A DNA stretch of 64,000 bases from Escherichia coli (GCF_003334305.1 NZ_QOWS01000005.1), one strand, 5' to 3'; positions 26,922 through 38,055 are shown, numbered from the stretch's first letter. Numbers and translations: made by a program. Notes: generated by a model not told the origin, from the sequence alone.

Positions 26922-27968
26922 TCAGAAGCGGGTATCTACCGCAGAGGCAAGTTTTTCGACCAGGCGTTCGGTATCTTCCCAGCCCAGACACGGGTCGGTA
27001 ATGGATTGACCGTAAGTGAGCGGCTGACCGCCGACGATTTTTTGCGTTCCTTCGCGCAGGAAACTTTCCGCCATAATTCCAGCAATCGCCGTAGAGCCAT
27101 TGCGGATTTGCTGACAAATATCCTCACAAACTTCTAACTGGCGACGGTGCTGCTTCTGGCAGTTACCGTGGCTGAAATCCACCACCAGATGTTCAGGTAA
27201 ATCAAACTCGTGCAGCGTATCGCAGGCTGCGGCGATATCATCGGCATGATAATTCGGTTTTTTGCCGCCACGCATAATAATGTGGCCATACGGGTTGCCG
27301 CTGGTCTGATAGATGGTCATCTGACCATTTTTGTCTGGCGAGAGAAACATATGGCTGGCGCGGGCTGCGCGGATAGCATCCACGGCAATCCGCGTGTTGC
27401 CATCGGTACCATTTTTAAAACCTACCGGACAGGAGAGTGCCGAAGCCATTTCACGGTGGATCTGACTTTCGGTAGTACGTGCGCCAATCGCGCCCCAACT
27501 GATTAAATCAGCAATAAACTGACCGGTCACCATATCGAGGAACTCAGTCGCGGTAGGGACACCCAGCTCATTTACCTGTAAAAGTAATTTGCGCGCCAGC
27601 TCCAGACCGTGATTTACCCGATAGCTGCCGTTTAAATCCGGATCGGAGATTAGCCCTTTCCAGCCGACAACAGTTCGTGGTTTTTCAAAATAGGTGCGCA
27701 TTACGATTTCCAGCCGTGACTGGTACTGGTTGCGCAGCGACTGCAGACGGGTGGCGTACTCCATTGCAGCGGTGAGATCGTGGATCGAGCAGGGGCCAAT
27801 AATGACCAACAGTCGCTTATCTTCACCATTCAGTATTTTTTCAATTCTGCGGCGGGAGTCGGTGACATGGGTGGCGACGCCAGGCGTTACGGGATACCGT
27901 AGCGCGAGTTCGGCGGGCGTTACCAGGCTCTCAATACGCGCAGTACGGAGTTCGTCAGTTCTGTTCAT
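26922..27968 (-). CDS. aroH: DAHP synthase, Trp-sensitive isozyme
   Basis: 348-aa ORF MNRTDELRTARIESLVTPAELALRYPVTP... recognised as AroH. Confidence 0.96.
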   Translation of the reverse strand: MNRTDELRTARIESLVTPAELALRYPVTPGVATHVTDSRRRIEKILNGEDKRLLVIIGPCSIHDLTAAMEYATRLQSLRNQYQSRLEIVMRTYFEKPRTVVGWKGLISDPDLNGSYRVNHGLELARKLLLQVNELGVPTATEFLDMVTGQFIADLISWGAIGARTTESQIHREMASALSCPVGFKNGTDGNTRIAVDAIRAARASHMFLSPDKNGQMTIYQTSGNPYGHIIMRGGKKPNYHADDIAAACDTLHEFDLPEHLVVDFSHGNCQKQHRRQLEVCEDICQQIRNGSTAIAGIMAESFLREGTQKIVGGQPLTYGQSITDPCLGWEDTERLVEKLASAVDTRF

Positions 27969-28056
27969 TACAAGTCTCAGAAATTTGTTGCTTCTACGGC
28001 AGGACTACCGGGAAGTGATGCGCATCACGATAAACCAATCGCAACTGATTTCAAGT

Positions 28057-28077
28057 GCGAGGTGTGTCACACCTCGC
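28057..28077. repeat. Perfect 21-bp palindrome in the aroH upstream/leader region
   Basis: gcgaggtgtg-t-cacacctcgc, 10-bp arms around a single central base. Confidence 0.9.
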
Positions 28078-28113
28078 CGGGTGGTTAGCATGATAACAAA
28101 AAAATAAGCTAAT

Positions 28114-28131
28114 GCACTAGTTCTCTAGTAC
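28114..28131. promoter_or_regulatory. TrpR operator of aroH
   Basis: gcactagttctctagtac (minus strand GTACTAGAGAACTAGTGC) fits the Trp repressor operator consensus built on CTAG half-sites; overlaps the ppsR stop codon. Confidence 0.75.
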
Positions 28132-28958
28132 ATTCGGCGGCTAAGCCCCATGATATCGAGGATCTTGGTGGCAATCTCTTCTACCGAATAATTGGTACTG
28201 TTAATCCACGGGATCTGATTTTTACGGTACAACGCTTCTACTTCCGCGACTTCCATCCTGCACTGACGAAGCGAGGCATAGCGGCTGTTCTCCCGACGTT
28301 CCTCGCGAATCGCCGCCAGACGTTCCGGGTCGATAGTCAGGCCGAACAATTTATGCTGAAGCGGTTTGAGCGACGCGGGTAGCACCAGATTGTCCATATC
28401 GTCGGCAATAAAGGGGTAGTTTGCCGCGCGGATACCAAACTGCATTGCCAGATACAGACTGGTGGGGGTTTTACCACAGCGAGAAACACCGAGCAGGATC
28501 ACCTGAGCCTGGTCCAGATTGCGCAACGAAATGCCGTCATCGTGGGCGAGGGTGTAATCAATCGCCGCAATGCGCGCATCATATTTATTGAGATTATTAG
28601 GGTTAAGGCCATGGGTACGATGAGCAATCGGCGTTGGATCCAGTTTCATCTCTTGTTGTAGCGGGGCAACCAGCGCCTGAACAATATCCTGGCAAAAGCC
28701 TTCACTTTGCAAGATGATGGCGCGAATCTCCGGCAACACGATGGAGTAGAAGACCAGCGGGCGCACACCTGTCTGGTGATAAATTGCGTCAATCTGATCC
28801 TTCACTGCCCGTGCACGGCTCTCATTTTCGACAAACGGCAGCGTAATGCTGCTGATAGTGACGGGAAATTGTGACATTACTGCGTGTCCTAATACCTCCG
28901 CAGTTATTGCCGTACCATCAGAAATATAAAAAACGTGGCGATCAACAGCATTATCCAT
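28125..28958 (-). CDS. ppsR: PEP synthetase regulatory protein (bifunctional kinase/pyrophosphorylase)
   Basis: 277-aa [30 protein letters not shown]... recognised as YdiA/PpsR; P-loop GVSRCGKT. Confidence 0.94.
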
Positions 28959-29188
28959 TTTGTTCTTCCCGTGATGCAGACATAATTCTATGAAAGCATA
29001 AATTAAAAACGCACAGAAGCGTAGGACGTAATGTCTGGTTTATAAAATGAACCTTCAATTTTATTTTTTATGAAAACAGCATTTCATTTTTATGGTTTCG
29101 TTTATACCGATGGTTTATGTGGAAATTGTCGAATAGAGCAGGTTTGCGCAACGCTGGGATCAGTCTTAAAAAGTAAAAAAATATATTT

Positions 29189-29204
29189 GCTTGAACGATT
29201 CACC
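29189..29204. promoter_or_regulatory. Putative Cra (FruR) site upstream of ppsA
   Basis: gcttgaacgattcacc matches the Cra consensus GCTGAAACGTTTCAGC at about 13 of 16 positions, roughly 90 bp upstream of the ppsA ATG. Confidence 0.45.
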
Positions 29205-29290
29205 GTTTTTTTCATCCGGTTAAATATGCAAAGATAAATGCGCAGAAATGTGTTTCTCAAACCGTTCATTTATCACAAAAGGATTGTTCG

Positions 29291-31669
29291 ATGTCCAACA
29301 ATGGCTCGTCACCGCTGGTGCTTTGGTATAACCAACTCGGCATGAATGATGTAGACAGGGTTGGGGGCAAAAATGCCTCCCTGGGTGAAATGATTACTAA
29401 CCTTTCCGGAATGGGTGTTTCCGTTCCGAATGGTTTCGCCACAACCGCCGACGCGTTTAACCAGTTTCTGGACCAAAGCGGCGTAAACCAGCGCATTTAT
29501 GAACTGCTGGATAAAACGGATATTGACGATGTTACCCAGCTTGCGAAAGCGGGCGCGCAAATCCGCCAGTGGATTATCGACACTCCCTTCCAGCCTGAGC
29601 TGGAAAACGCCATCCGCGAAGCCTATGCACAGCTTTCCGCCGATGACGAAAACGCCTCTTTTGCGGTGCGCTCCTCCGCCACCGCAGAAGATATGCCGGA
29701 CGCTTCCTTTGCCGGTCAGCAGGAAACCTTCCTCAACGTTCAGGGGTTTGACGCCGTTCTCGTGGCAGTGAAACATGTATTTGCTTCTCTGTTTAACGAT
29801 CGCGCCATCTCTTATCGTGTGCACCAGGGTTACGATCACCGTGGCGTGGCGCTCTCCGCCGGTGTTCAACGGATGGTGCGCTCTGACCTCGCATCATCTG
29901 GCGTTATGTTCTCCATTGATACCGAATCCGGCTTTGACCAGGTGGTGTTTATCACTTCCGCATGGGGCCTTGGGGAAATGGTCGTGCAGGGTGCGGTTAA
30001 CCCGGATGAGTTTTACGTCCATAAACCGACACTGGCGGCGAATCGCCCGGCTATCGTGCGCCGCACCATGGGGTCGAAAAAAATCCGCATGGTTTACGCG
30101 CCGACCCAGGAGCACGGCAAGCAGGTTAAAATCGAAGACGTACCGCAGGAACAGCGTGACATCTTCTCGCTGACCAACGAAGAAGTGCAGGAACTGGCAA
30201 AACAGGCCGTACAAATTGAGAAACACTACGGTCGCCCAATGGATATTGAGTGGGCGAAAGATGGCCACACCGGTAAACTGTTCATTGTGCAGGCGCGTCC
30301 GGAAACCGTGCGCTCACGCGGTCAGGTCATGGAGCGTTATACGCTGCATTCACAGGGTAAGATTATCGCCGAAGGCCGTGCTATCGGTCATCGCATCGGC
30401 GCGGGTCCGGTGAAAGTCATCCATGACATCAGCGAAATGAACCGCATCGAACCTGGCGACGTGCTGGTTACTGACATGACCGACCCGGACTGGGAACCGA
30501 TCATGAAGAAAGCATCTGCCATCGTCACCAACCGTGGCGGTCGTACCTGTCACGCGGCGATCATCGCTCGTGAACTGGGCATTCCGGCGGTAGTGGGCTG
30601 TGGAGATGCAACAGAACGGATGAAAGACGGTGAGAAAGTCACTGTTTCTTGTGCCGAAGGTGATACCGGTTACGTCTATGCGGAGTTGCTGGAATTTAGC
30701 GTGAAAAGCTCCAGCGTAGAAACGATGCCGGATCTGCCGTTGAAAGTGATGATGAACGTCGGTAACCCGGACCGTGCTTTCGACTTCGCCTGCCTGCCGA
30801 ACGAAGGCGTGGGCCTTGCGCGTCTGGAATTTATCATCAACCGTATGATTGGCGTCCACCCACGCGCACTGCTTGAGTTTGACGATCAGGAACCGCAGTT
30901 GCAAAACGAAATCCGCGAGATGATGAAAGGTTTTGATTCTCCGCGTGAATTTTACGTTGGTCGTCTGACTGAAGGGATCGCGACGCTGGGTGCCGCGTTT
31001 TATCCGAAGCGCGTCATTGTCCGTCTCTCTGATTTTAAATCGAACGAATATGCCAACCTGGTCGGTGGTGAGCGTTACGAGCCAGATGAAGAGAACCCGA
31101 TGCTCGGCTTCCGTGGCGCGGGCCGCTATGTTTCCGACAGCTTCCGCGACTGCTTCGCGCTGGAGTGTGAAGCAGTGAAACGAGTGCGCAACGACATGGG
31201 GCTGACCAACGTTGAGATCATGATCCCGTTCGTGCGTACCGTAGATCAGGCGAAAGCGGTGGTTGAAGAACTGGCGCGTCAGGGGCTGAAACGTGGCGAG
31301 AACGGGCTGAAAATCATCATGATGTGTGAAATTCCGTCCAACGCCTTGCTGGCAGAGCAGTTCCTCGAATATTTCGACGGCTTCTCAATTGGCTCAAACG
31401 ATATGACACAGCTGGCGCTCGGTCTGGATCGTGACTCCGGCGTGGTGTCTGAATTGTTCGATGAGCGCAACGATGCGGTGAAAGCATTGCTGTCGATGGC
31501 TATCCGTGCCGCGAAGAAACAGGGCAAATATGTCGGGATTTGCGGTCAGGGTCCGTCCGACCATGAAGACTTTGCCGCATGGTTGATGGAAGAGGGGATC
31601 GATAGCCTGTCTCTGAACCCGGACACCGTGGTGCAAACCTGGTTAAGCCTGGCTGAACTGAAGAAATAA
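29291..31669 (+). CDS. ppsA: Phosphoenolpyruvate synthase
   Basis: 792-aa [37 protein letters not shown]... recognised as PpsA. Confidence 0.97.
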   Translation: MSNNGSSPLVLWYNQLGMNDVDRVGGKNASLGEMITNLSGMGVSVPNGFATTADAFNQFLDQSGVNQRIYELLDKTDIDDVTQLAKAGAQIRQWIIDTPFQPELENAIREAYAQLSADDENASFAVRSSATAEDMPDASFAGQQETFLNVQGFDAVLVAVKHVFASLFNDRAISYRVHQGYDHRGVALSAGVQRMVRSDLASSGVMFSIDTESGFDQVVFITSAWGLGEMVVQGAVNPDEFYVHKPTLAANRPAIVRRTMGSKKIRMVYAPTQEHGKQVKIEDVPQEQRDIFSLTNEEVQELAKQAVQIEKHYGRPMDIEWAKDGHTGKLFIVQARPETVRSRGQVMERYTLHSQGKIIAEGRAIGHRIGAGPVKVIHDISEMNRIEPGDVLVTDMTDPDWEPIMKKASAIVTNRGGRTCHAAIIARELGIPAVVGCGDATERMKDGEKVTVSCAEGDTGYVYAELLEFSVKSSSVETMPDLPLKVMMNVGNPDRAFDFACLPNEGVGLARLEFIINRMIGVHPRALLEFDDQEPQLQNEIREMMKGFDSPREFYVGRLTEGIATLGAAFYPKRVIVRLSDFKSNEYANLVGGERYEPDEENPMLGFRGAGRYVSDSFRDCFALECEAVKRVRNDMGLTNVEIMIPFVRTVDQAKAVVEELARQGLKRGENGLKIIMMCEIPSNALLAEQFLEYFDGFSIGSNDMTQLALGLDRDSGVVSELFDERNDAVKALLSMAIRAAKKQGKYVGICGQGPSDHEDFAAWLMEEGIDSLSLNPDTVVQTWLSLAELKK

Positions 31670-31676
31670 AATAAAT

Positions 31677-31706
31677 CCCCGGCGGCGTTCAGTCGCCGGG
31701 TTTATG
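31677..31706. terminator. Hairpin terminator between convergent ppsA and fadK
   Basis: cccggcgg-cgttcagt-cgccggg stem followed by ttt. Confidence 0.6.
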
Positions 31707-31725
31707 TGATCCCCGAAGATGAAAC

Positions 31726-33426
31726 TTATTCAATCTCTTCACAGACATCCTGCGTTAATCGCCGCATAATATCTTTTCTTAACAAAAACTTTTGTATTTT
31801 ACCTGAGGCAGTGCGCGGTAGTTTTTCGATTACCACGATATGTTCAGGATATTTATATTTTGCGACCCGTTTACGGCTAAAAAAAGCCACCACCTCTTCC
31901 AGCGATAATGAATGATGCGGCGCTTTCAGCACGACATAAGCGCATGATCGTTCACCTAAACGTTCATCGGGCATTGCAACCACACAGGCATCGTGAATTT
32001 TAGGATGCTGCAATAAAATATCTTCCACTTCACGGCTGCTAATATTTTCGCCGCCGCGGACAATAATATCTTTTTTGCGTCCGGTAATTTTTATATAGCC
32101 AGCCTCATCCATACGGCAGAGATCGCCGCTGTAATACCAGCCTTCTTCATCCAGCGCACGGGCGGTTAATTCAGGTTCATCAAAATATCCCATAAACACA
32201 TTGGGGCCACGCGAGGCTTCTTCACCTTCGCAACCTGGCGGTAAGGTCTTGCGTGCGTCATCGACCACTTTAATCTCTACACCTGCGGCAGCGTAACCAT
32301 CGGTGTGCATAAAGCGCGACAAAGGATCATCGAGATTCACCACCGCATGCGGCGAACTTTCTGTGGAACCATAAACACTTAATAATTTAATGCCGAGCTG
32401 CTGGCATTCACGCGCCACTTTTTTGGGGATTGTGGTTCCGCCGCAAAGAAAGAAACGCAGCGCTGACAGGTCCGCGGGTTGTTTCTCTAGTACATTCAAA
32501 AGATCATAGACAAACGGCGTTGCGCCTAGCATACAGGTGCAACGCTGCTGCTCAAGCAGCGCGAGACACGCATCAGGAGTGAAAATATCTAACAACACGC
32601 TGCGAGCGCCAATTAAGAATGGTGCCGTTACGCCATGCAGAAAGCCCGTTGCGTGGCCGAGTGGCGCAGGCATCATAAAGACATCCTGCCAGGTCAGATT
32701 CAGCCGCGCGCAATAAGCCCGCTCACTGGCGAGAATATTGTTATGCGTTAGCATCACGCCCTTTGGCAGACCCTCGGTTCCGGAGGTAAACAGCACCGCA
32801 GCTAATTCATCGCCGTGGGTCGTTATCGCCGTGGTCAGTGGGGTATTGTCGGCGATAATCTGACTTAATGAGAGGGAAGAGGTGGCGGGAGCCAGTTTGT
32901 CCACGCCGACAATTTGTTGTAGTTGTGGAAGCTGATTTTGCAGCGGCAGGATTAAATCTACCGGGCGCGTTTGTTTAAACAACGTCGGTGCAAAGAACAT
33001 TTTTGCCTGACACTTATTGAGCACCCACACCAGTTCTGCTTCCCGCCAGGAAGGCAACAGCGGCACGGAAACCGCACCGATTTTCAGGCAGGCAAGATAG
33101 ATAACGGTAAATTCACACCAGCCAGGCAGTTGAAATGCGATGCGATCGCCTGATTCAATACCCTTCGCTAACATCCAGTTTGCCAGACAGCTCGCGGCGT
33201 GATCGAGCGCGCTATAGTTGTACGATGCACCATGATTATCGACCACGGCAATTTTGTCTGGCATCGCACGAGCGGTCTGCTGCCAGTAATCGGCCAGCGA
33301 AGCATCGCCCCATAGCCCTTGCTGACGATACGCCGCACGACGTTGTTCGTTGAACGTTAATGTCACTTTCATGTTGGACTCTCGAAACAGAACATCAGGC
33401 CCGAGATGCGGGCCTGTGGGATGCAT
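31726..33426 (-). CDS. fadK: Short-chain acyl-CoA synthetase (anaerobic)
   Basis: 566-aa AMP-binding-enzyme-family ORF recognised as YdiD/FadK; an alternative internal start at MKVTLTF is possible. Confidence 0.9.
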   Translation of the reverse strand: MHPTGPHLGPDVLFRESNMKVTLTFNEQRRAAYRQQGLWGDASLADYWQQTARAMPDKIAVVDNHGASYNYSALDHAASCLANWMLAKGIESGDRIAFQLPGWCEFTVIYLACLKIGAVSVPLLPSWREAELVWVLNKCQAKMFFAPTLFKQTRPVDLILPLQNQLPQLQQIVGVDKLAPATSSLSLSQIIADNTPLTTAITTHGDELAAVLFTSGTEGLPKGVMLTHNNILASERAYCARLNLTWQDVFMMPAPLGHATGFLHGVTAPFLIGARSVLLDIFTPDACLALLEQQRCTCMLGATPFVYDLLNVLEKQPADLSALRFFLCGGTTIPKKVARECQQLGIKLLSVYGSTESSPHAVVNLDDPLSRFMHTDGYAAAGVEIKVVDDARKTLPPGCEGEEASRGPNVFMGYFDEPELTARALDEEGWYYSGDLCRMDEAGYIKITGRKKDIIVRGGENISSREVEDILLQHPKIHDACVVAMPDERLGERSCAYVVLKAPHHSLSLEEVVAFFSRKRVAKYKYPEHIVVIEKLPRTASGKIQKFLLRKDIMRRLTQDVCEEIE

Positions 33427-33428
33427 GA

Positions 33429-33722
33429 TTAGCCGTAGCGAAAATCAATACCGAAGGTGCCTGCGGGATATTGCCACTGTTCGAGAATAGTGTTACCGCA
33501 CAGCACCCGACAGGTGCCGCACTCCAGACAACCGGCAGAATCAAAATGAATGTTGCCGGCGTCATCCTGCTTATAAAGTCCGGCAGGGCAGGCTTTCATT
33601 AATTTACGGAATTCATTGATATCGGGATTTGCCGCCAGAATGATATGCGGGTGGCCCTCATCAACATGGAATTTATTGACGCCTAATTTGATGTCGACGT
33701 TAACCGTAGCGTTCTGGCTCAT
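33429..33722 (-). CDS. ydiT: Ferredoxin-like protein (FixX homologue)
   Basis: 97-aa ORF with Cys cluster (CPAGLYKQD...CLECGTCRVLC). Confidence 0.9.
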   Translation of the reverse strand: MSQNATVNVDIKLGVNKFHVDEGHPHIILAANPDINEFRKLMKACPAGLYKQDDAGNIHFDSAGCLECGTCRVLCGNTILEQWQYPAGTFGIDFRYG

Positions 33723-35008
33723 AGCGCGGTTGCTCCCTTAATGCCATCTTTCAGCAAGTTGATCAGCCCAATTTTCTTCGCATGTCCCATGATCATTTTG
33801 CGTACCGGCTGGTTTGGTTTGCCGTCAATGGTGAACATCTCGTTCATGATGTCGGCGACCATTCGTGGGTATTGGCTAAACAGGCGCGGGTTTTCCATCA
33901 GCGCCGGGATCTTGCGGAAATGCTGCATATCGCGCATGACGCAGCTTTGTTCCAGCTCACGTTTGTATTGCGCCAGACTGCTGGCGGAGAAATCCTCGCG
34001 TTCTTTGGCGGCGATCACCGTTGTGGCGGCAGCCTGAGCCGATGCAATGGCTAAATCCATGCCACGAACTGTAAAACCCAAATTCAGGCAGAAGCCTGCG
34101 GCGTCACCAACGATCATCACGCCATCGTTAACCATCTGCGGCACCATTGCCAGACCGCCTTCTGGCACCATATGCCCGGAATATTCAAGCAGTTTGCCGC
34201 CGCTAATTAGTGGGCGAATGGCGGGGTGTTGTTTAAAATCTTCCAGCATTTGCGGCACGCTTTTTTGCGCATGGGCGATATCACCCAATCCACAAACCAG
34301 CCCCAAGGATATGGAATCCTTGTTGGTATAGAGAAATCCCCCGCCCATCAGGCCGTCAGAAGGGGAACCGGCAAACAGCCAGGCGGCACCTTCCTCGCCC
34401 GTAATATTAAAGCGATCGTTGATCTGTTCTGGTGTGAGGCCAATAACCTCTTTAACACCAACAGCGTAATGATGCGGATCGGAAGCGGGAACCATTCCCA
34501 GCGAGCGGCCAAGCATCGAGTTAACGCCATCAGCCAGAATCACCACATTCGCTTCGAGAATATCATCCCCAGCCTGCACGCCAGTGACCTTGTTTCCTTC
34601 ACGAACCAGCGCATCGACGCGAACGCCTGGGATAAACTGCGCGCCCGCCTGCTCGGCTTGTTCCATCAACCACGGGTCCAGACGATTACGCAATACGGTA
34701 TAAGATGCGTGTTGCGGAACATCTGGTTGCTCGCGGTGAAAATCGAGGGTAACGGCGCTTTCTTCGGTTAAGAAGGAGATTTTCTCGCGTGTGACCTTGC
34801 GTTCTACCGGCGCTGATACTGCAAAGCCTGGAATGATTGCTTCAAGTGTGTGGGCATAAAGACGCCCGCCGGTCATGTTTTTACATCCGGCACTGTCGCC
34901 GCGTTCTATCACCAGGACATCCAGCCCGGCTCGCGCCATGACCAGTGCGGCAACGCTACCAGCAACGCCCGCACCGACCACAATGGCATCAAATTTGTCT
35001 TCCGACAT
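33719..35008 (-). CDS. ydiS: FAD-dependent oxidoreductase (FixC homologue, ETF-QO-like)
   Basis: 429-aa ORF with N-terminal dinucleotide-binding motif (DAIVVGAGVAGSVAA); 4-nt overlap with ydiT. Confidence 0.9.
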   Translation of the reverse strand: MSEDKFDAIVVGAGVAGSVAALVMARAGLDVLVIERGDSAGCKNMTGGRLYAHTLEAIIPGFAVSAPVERKVTREKISFLTEESAVTLDFHREQPDVPQHASYTVLRNRLDPWLMEQAEQAGAQFIPGVRVDALVREGNKVTGVQAGDDILEANVVILADGVNSMLGRSLGMVPASDPHHYAVGVKEVIGLTPEQINDRFNITGEEGAAWLFAGSPSDGLMGGGFLYTNKDSISLGLVCGLGDIAHAQKSVPQMLEDFKQHPAIRPLISGGKLLEYSGHMVPEGGLAMVPQMVNDGVMIVGDAAGFCLNLGFTVRGMDLAIASAQAAATTVIAAKEREDFSASSLAQYKRELEQSCVMRDMQHFRKIPALMENPRLFSQYPRMVADIMNEMFTIDGKPNQPVRKMIMGHAKKIGLINLLKDGIKGATAL

Positions 35009-35063
35009 GCGTTATGCTCCCTTCCCGCTGCGTTTACAGCGGGAGATGTGGTTGAAAGGGGAA

Positions 35064-36002
35064 TTAGCGGCTCAACTGGCTAATCAGGGCAGGGACGACT
35101 TTGTAGATATCGCCCACCAGACCGTAGTCGGCATAATTGAAGATTGGCGCATTTTTATCTTTATTGATGGCGACAATCACTTTTGCGCCGTTGCCGCCAA
35201 CCATATGCTGGATCTGCCCGGAGATCCCCAGCGTCAGGTAGAGATCGGATTTCAGCAACACGCCGGAGACACCGATATAACGTTCACGCTCCATCCAGTT
35301 CTCGCCTTCGGCAATTGGACGTGAACAGCCGACTTCAGCATTCAGCACCGCCGCCAGTTCGTGGACCATTTTCAGGTCATCCTGCGCCGCCAGACCACGA
35401 CCGACGCCAACCACACGTTTTGCTTTGCTCAGGTCCACGCTGCTTGCGGCTTTCGCACGGCGTTCGCGACAGAGAATTTCATGACGCGGAGCAACATAAG
35501 GTACCGTTTCTGTCGGGCACTGATGAGAGGTATCACTGGTGCACGGTTCCTGAACACCGGGTGCAAGGGTAATGATCGCCAGCGGGCTGTTGATCTTTTC
35601 CTGAGCGAACGCTAACCCGCCATACATCCGGTGTTCGGCGCAAATGTGACCATCGATAATATCCACCGCCGTGGCATCGTTCACCAGCGCCGCATTCAGT
35701 TGCACACTTAACCGTGCTGCCAGAGCTTTACCACGTTTCGTCGCGGCCAACAGCAACATAGCGGGGTGTTTATCTTTCAGCAGGGCAGCAATGCTTTCGG
35801 CGTAATTTTCAGTGCGTTGCAGCGCGTCGTTTTGCTCAAGAACATAAATACATTTTGGACCATAAGGCATAACTGCCTGCGCCTGGTCGGTATTTTGTAC
35901 AATGGCATACACCTGTTGGCCCCATTGCTGAGCGCCGCCAAACAGTTCAGCATAACGTTCAGGATTATCGCTAAAGACCCAGACGCTGTTTAATTGACTC
36001 AT
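35064..36002 (-). CDS. ydiR: Electron transfer flavoprotein alpha subunit (FixB homologue)
   Basis: 312-aa ORF recognised as YdiR. Confidence 0.9.
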   Translation of the reverse strand: MSQLNSVWVFSDNPERYAELFGGAQQWGQQVYAIVQNTDQAQAVMPYGPKCIYVLEQNDALQRTENYAESIAALLKDKHPAMLLLAATKRGKALAARLSVQLNAALVNDATAVDIIDGHICAEHRMYGGLAFAQEKINSPLAIITLAPGVQEPCTSDTSHQCPTETVPYVAPRHEILCRERRAKAASSVDLSKAKRVVGVGRGLAAQDDLKMVHELAAVLNAEVGCSRPIAEGENWMERERYIGVSGVLLKSDLYLTLGISGQIQHMVGGNGAKVIVAINKDKNAPIFNYADYGLVGDIYKVVPALISQLSR

Positions 36003-36021
36003 CGTTTCTTCTCCGTAGGCT

Positions 36022-36786
36022 TCAGTTCAGGGCTTTCTTCAGATGTTCCGCCAGCTCGGCAATGGCCTCCGGCGAATCGTTATCGATAATGATGTGCTTA
36101 CGTTCTGTTTGCGGCGGTACGCGAATGCCGACCAGTTCAGCAAGTGGCGCGCTCTGGCTCCAGTCAATATCACTTGCCTGCCACTGATTTACCGGTTTTT
36201 TACCCGCGCCGAGAATGGCTTTCATCGAAGGAATGCGTGGCACGTTAATATCGGAGGTGACGCAGAGCACGGCTGGAACAGAGAGTTCAATAACTTCAAC
36301 ATCATCTTCAAGCGTGCGTTCAATCACCAGTGTATTGCCCTGACGCTGAATAGCACTCACTGCATTAATCACCGGAAGTTGCAGAATTTCTCCGACCAGC
36401 AAGCCAGCCTGCTGGGCATAAAGGTCGCCGGAACCTTCACCAAAGATCAGTAAATCGAAGCCGATCTTTTCAACTGCTGCTGCCAGCGCTTTTGCGGTAT
36501 CGAGAGGCAGTGCATGTTCAAGTTGCGCATCCTGCACCAAATACAGGCTGTGCGGCCCGCGGGATAGCACGTCTTTGCGCACTTTCGAGTTCTGCAACAA
36601 TGAGCCGCCAACGGTCAGCGCGGCTATCTCATCGTCATCTGTTGCAAGCTGGCTTGCAGCTTCAATGGCATTGAGATCGAACTGGCTGATTTTGGCGTCG
36701 GCATTGTCGAAATTCAGGGTGTATTCTGGAGTGACAACAATGTCCTGTTCTTCAGGCACCAGCTTAAAGCAGGTTATTATTTTCAT
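36022..36786 (-). CDS. ydiQ: Electron transfer flavoprotein beta subunit (FixA homologue)
   Basis: 254-aa product from MKIITCFKLVPEEQDIVV...; the track ORF (287 aa) extends upstream without support. Confidence 0.88.
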   Translation of the reverse strand: MKIITCFKLVPEEQDIVVTPEYTLNFDNADAKISQFDLNAIEAASQLATDDDEIAALTVGGSLLQNSKVRKDVLSRGPHSLYLVQDAQLEHALPLDTAKALAAAVEKIGFDLLIFGEGSGDLYAQQAGLLVGEILQLPVINAVSAIQRQGNTLVIERTLEDDVEVIELSVPAVLCVTSDINVPRIPSMKAILGAGKKPVNQWQASDIDWSQSAPLAELVGIRVPPQTERKHIIIDNDSPEAIAELAEHLKKALN

Positions 36787-37101
36787 GATTTCTCCTGTGA
36801 GTCGCATACGGAACCATCTCCGATGGAAGGTAAAAATGGCCTGAAAATAGTGTGCGATAGCGGTGCGGGGTTTTCGACGGAGCAAGCTGTTTTCCTTGCC
36901 AACAATCTTGCAAAAAAAATGCGATCGCTAAAACAAAAGTGCAATTTGCGGCAATATAGTTATTCCATGACCGTACAATCTTGCATTCAGTGTAAATAAT
37001 CTTGTTTAGCTCTCGCTAAACGCGGTTGTATAACCGCAATACACGCCGTATTTTATCCGGCATATATTGTTTTTGCTTGCTCATGGAATAGGGAGGTTGT
37101 C

Positions 37102-38013
37102 ATGTATCAACGCTGTTTTGATAATGCCAGTGAAACGCTGTTTGTCGCCGGTAAAACGCCACGGCTTTCACGTTTTGCAATTAGCGATGATCCAAAATGG
37201 GAGTCTGGACATCACGTTCATGACAATGAAACCGAGCTGATTTACGTCAAGAAAGGGGTAGCAAGGTTTACCATCGATTCATCGTTATATGTCGCACATG
37301 CCGATGATATAGTGGTGATAGAACGCGGCAGGCTGCATGCGGTGGCCTCTGACGTTAACGATCCGGCAACGACGTGTACCTGTGCGCTGTACGGCTTTCA
37401 GTTTCAGGGGGCTGAGGAAAATCAGCTACTGCAACCGCATTCTTGTCCGGTAATTGCCGCGGGGCAGGGAAAAGAAGTCATAAAAACCTTATTTAATGAG
37501 CTAAGTGTGATTTTGCCGCAAAGTAAAAATAGCCAAACATCTTCGTTATGGGATGCATTTGCCTATACGTTAGCCATTCTTTACTACGAAAACTTTAAAA
37601 ATGCTTATCGTTCGGAGCAGGGGTATATTAAAAAAGATGTTCTGATAAAAGATATTCTTTTTTATCTGAATAATAATTATCGCGAAAAAATCACTTTAGA
37701 ACAGTTATCGAAAAAATTTCGTGCCAGCGTCAGTTATATTTGCCATGAATTTACCAAAGAGTATCGTATTTCCCCTATTAACTATGTTATTCAACGGCGT
37801 ATGACGGAAGCGAAATGGTCACTCACTAATACTGAATTATCACAGGCAGAGATCTCCTGGCGTGTGGGTTATGAAAATGTCGATCACTTTGCCAAACTGT
37901 TTTTGCGCCATGTCGGTTGTTCGCCCAGCGATTACCGCAGGCAATTTAAAAACTGTTTTGCGGAACAAGAAATCCTATCTGAATTTCCTCAACCGGTAAG
38001 TCTTGCCGGGTAA
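37102..38013 (+). CDS. ydiP: AraC-family transcriptional regulator
   Basis: 303-aa ORF with C-terminal AraC-type HTH; divergent from the ydiQRST-fadK cluster. Confidence 0.88.
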   Translation: MYQRCFDNASETLFVAGKTPRLSRFAISDDPKWESGHHVHDNETELIYVKKGVARFTIDSSLYVAHADDIVVIERGRLHAVASDVNDPATTCTCALYGFQFQGAEENQLLQPHSCPVIAAGQGKEVIKTLFNELSVILPQSKNSQTSSLWDAFAYTLAILYYENFKNAYRSEQGYIKKDVLIKDILFYLNNNYREKITLEQLSKKFRASVSYICHEFTKEYRISPINYVIQRRMTEAKWSLTNTELSQAEISWRVGYENVDHFAKLFLRHVGCSPSDYRRQFKNCFAEQEILSEFPQPVSLAG

Positions 38014-38055
38014 ATCTGGCGGCGCAGTTTGTTAAGAAGCTGCGCCGCCTGCAGA

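Noticed and set aside
36787-36885. N-terminal extensions proposed by the ORF track for ydiQ (287 aa), and similarly for pykF (542 aa), ydiO (401 aa), sufB, rpmI, pheS, ydiL, ydiH and cedA
   Set aside because: The extended N-termini are not part of the recognised protein families. The internal Met gives the family-typical length and, where checked (pfkB, ydiO), has a Shine-Dalgarno sequence.
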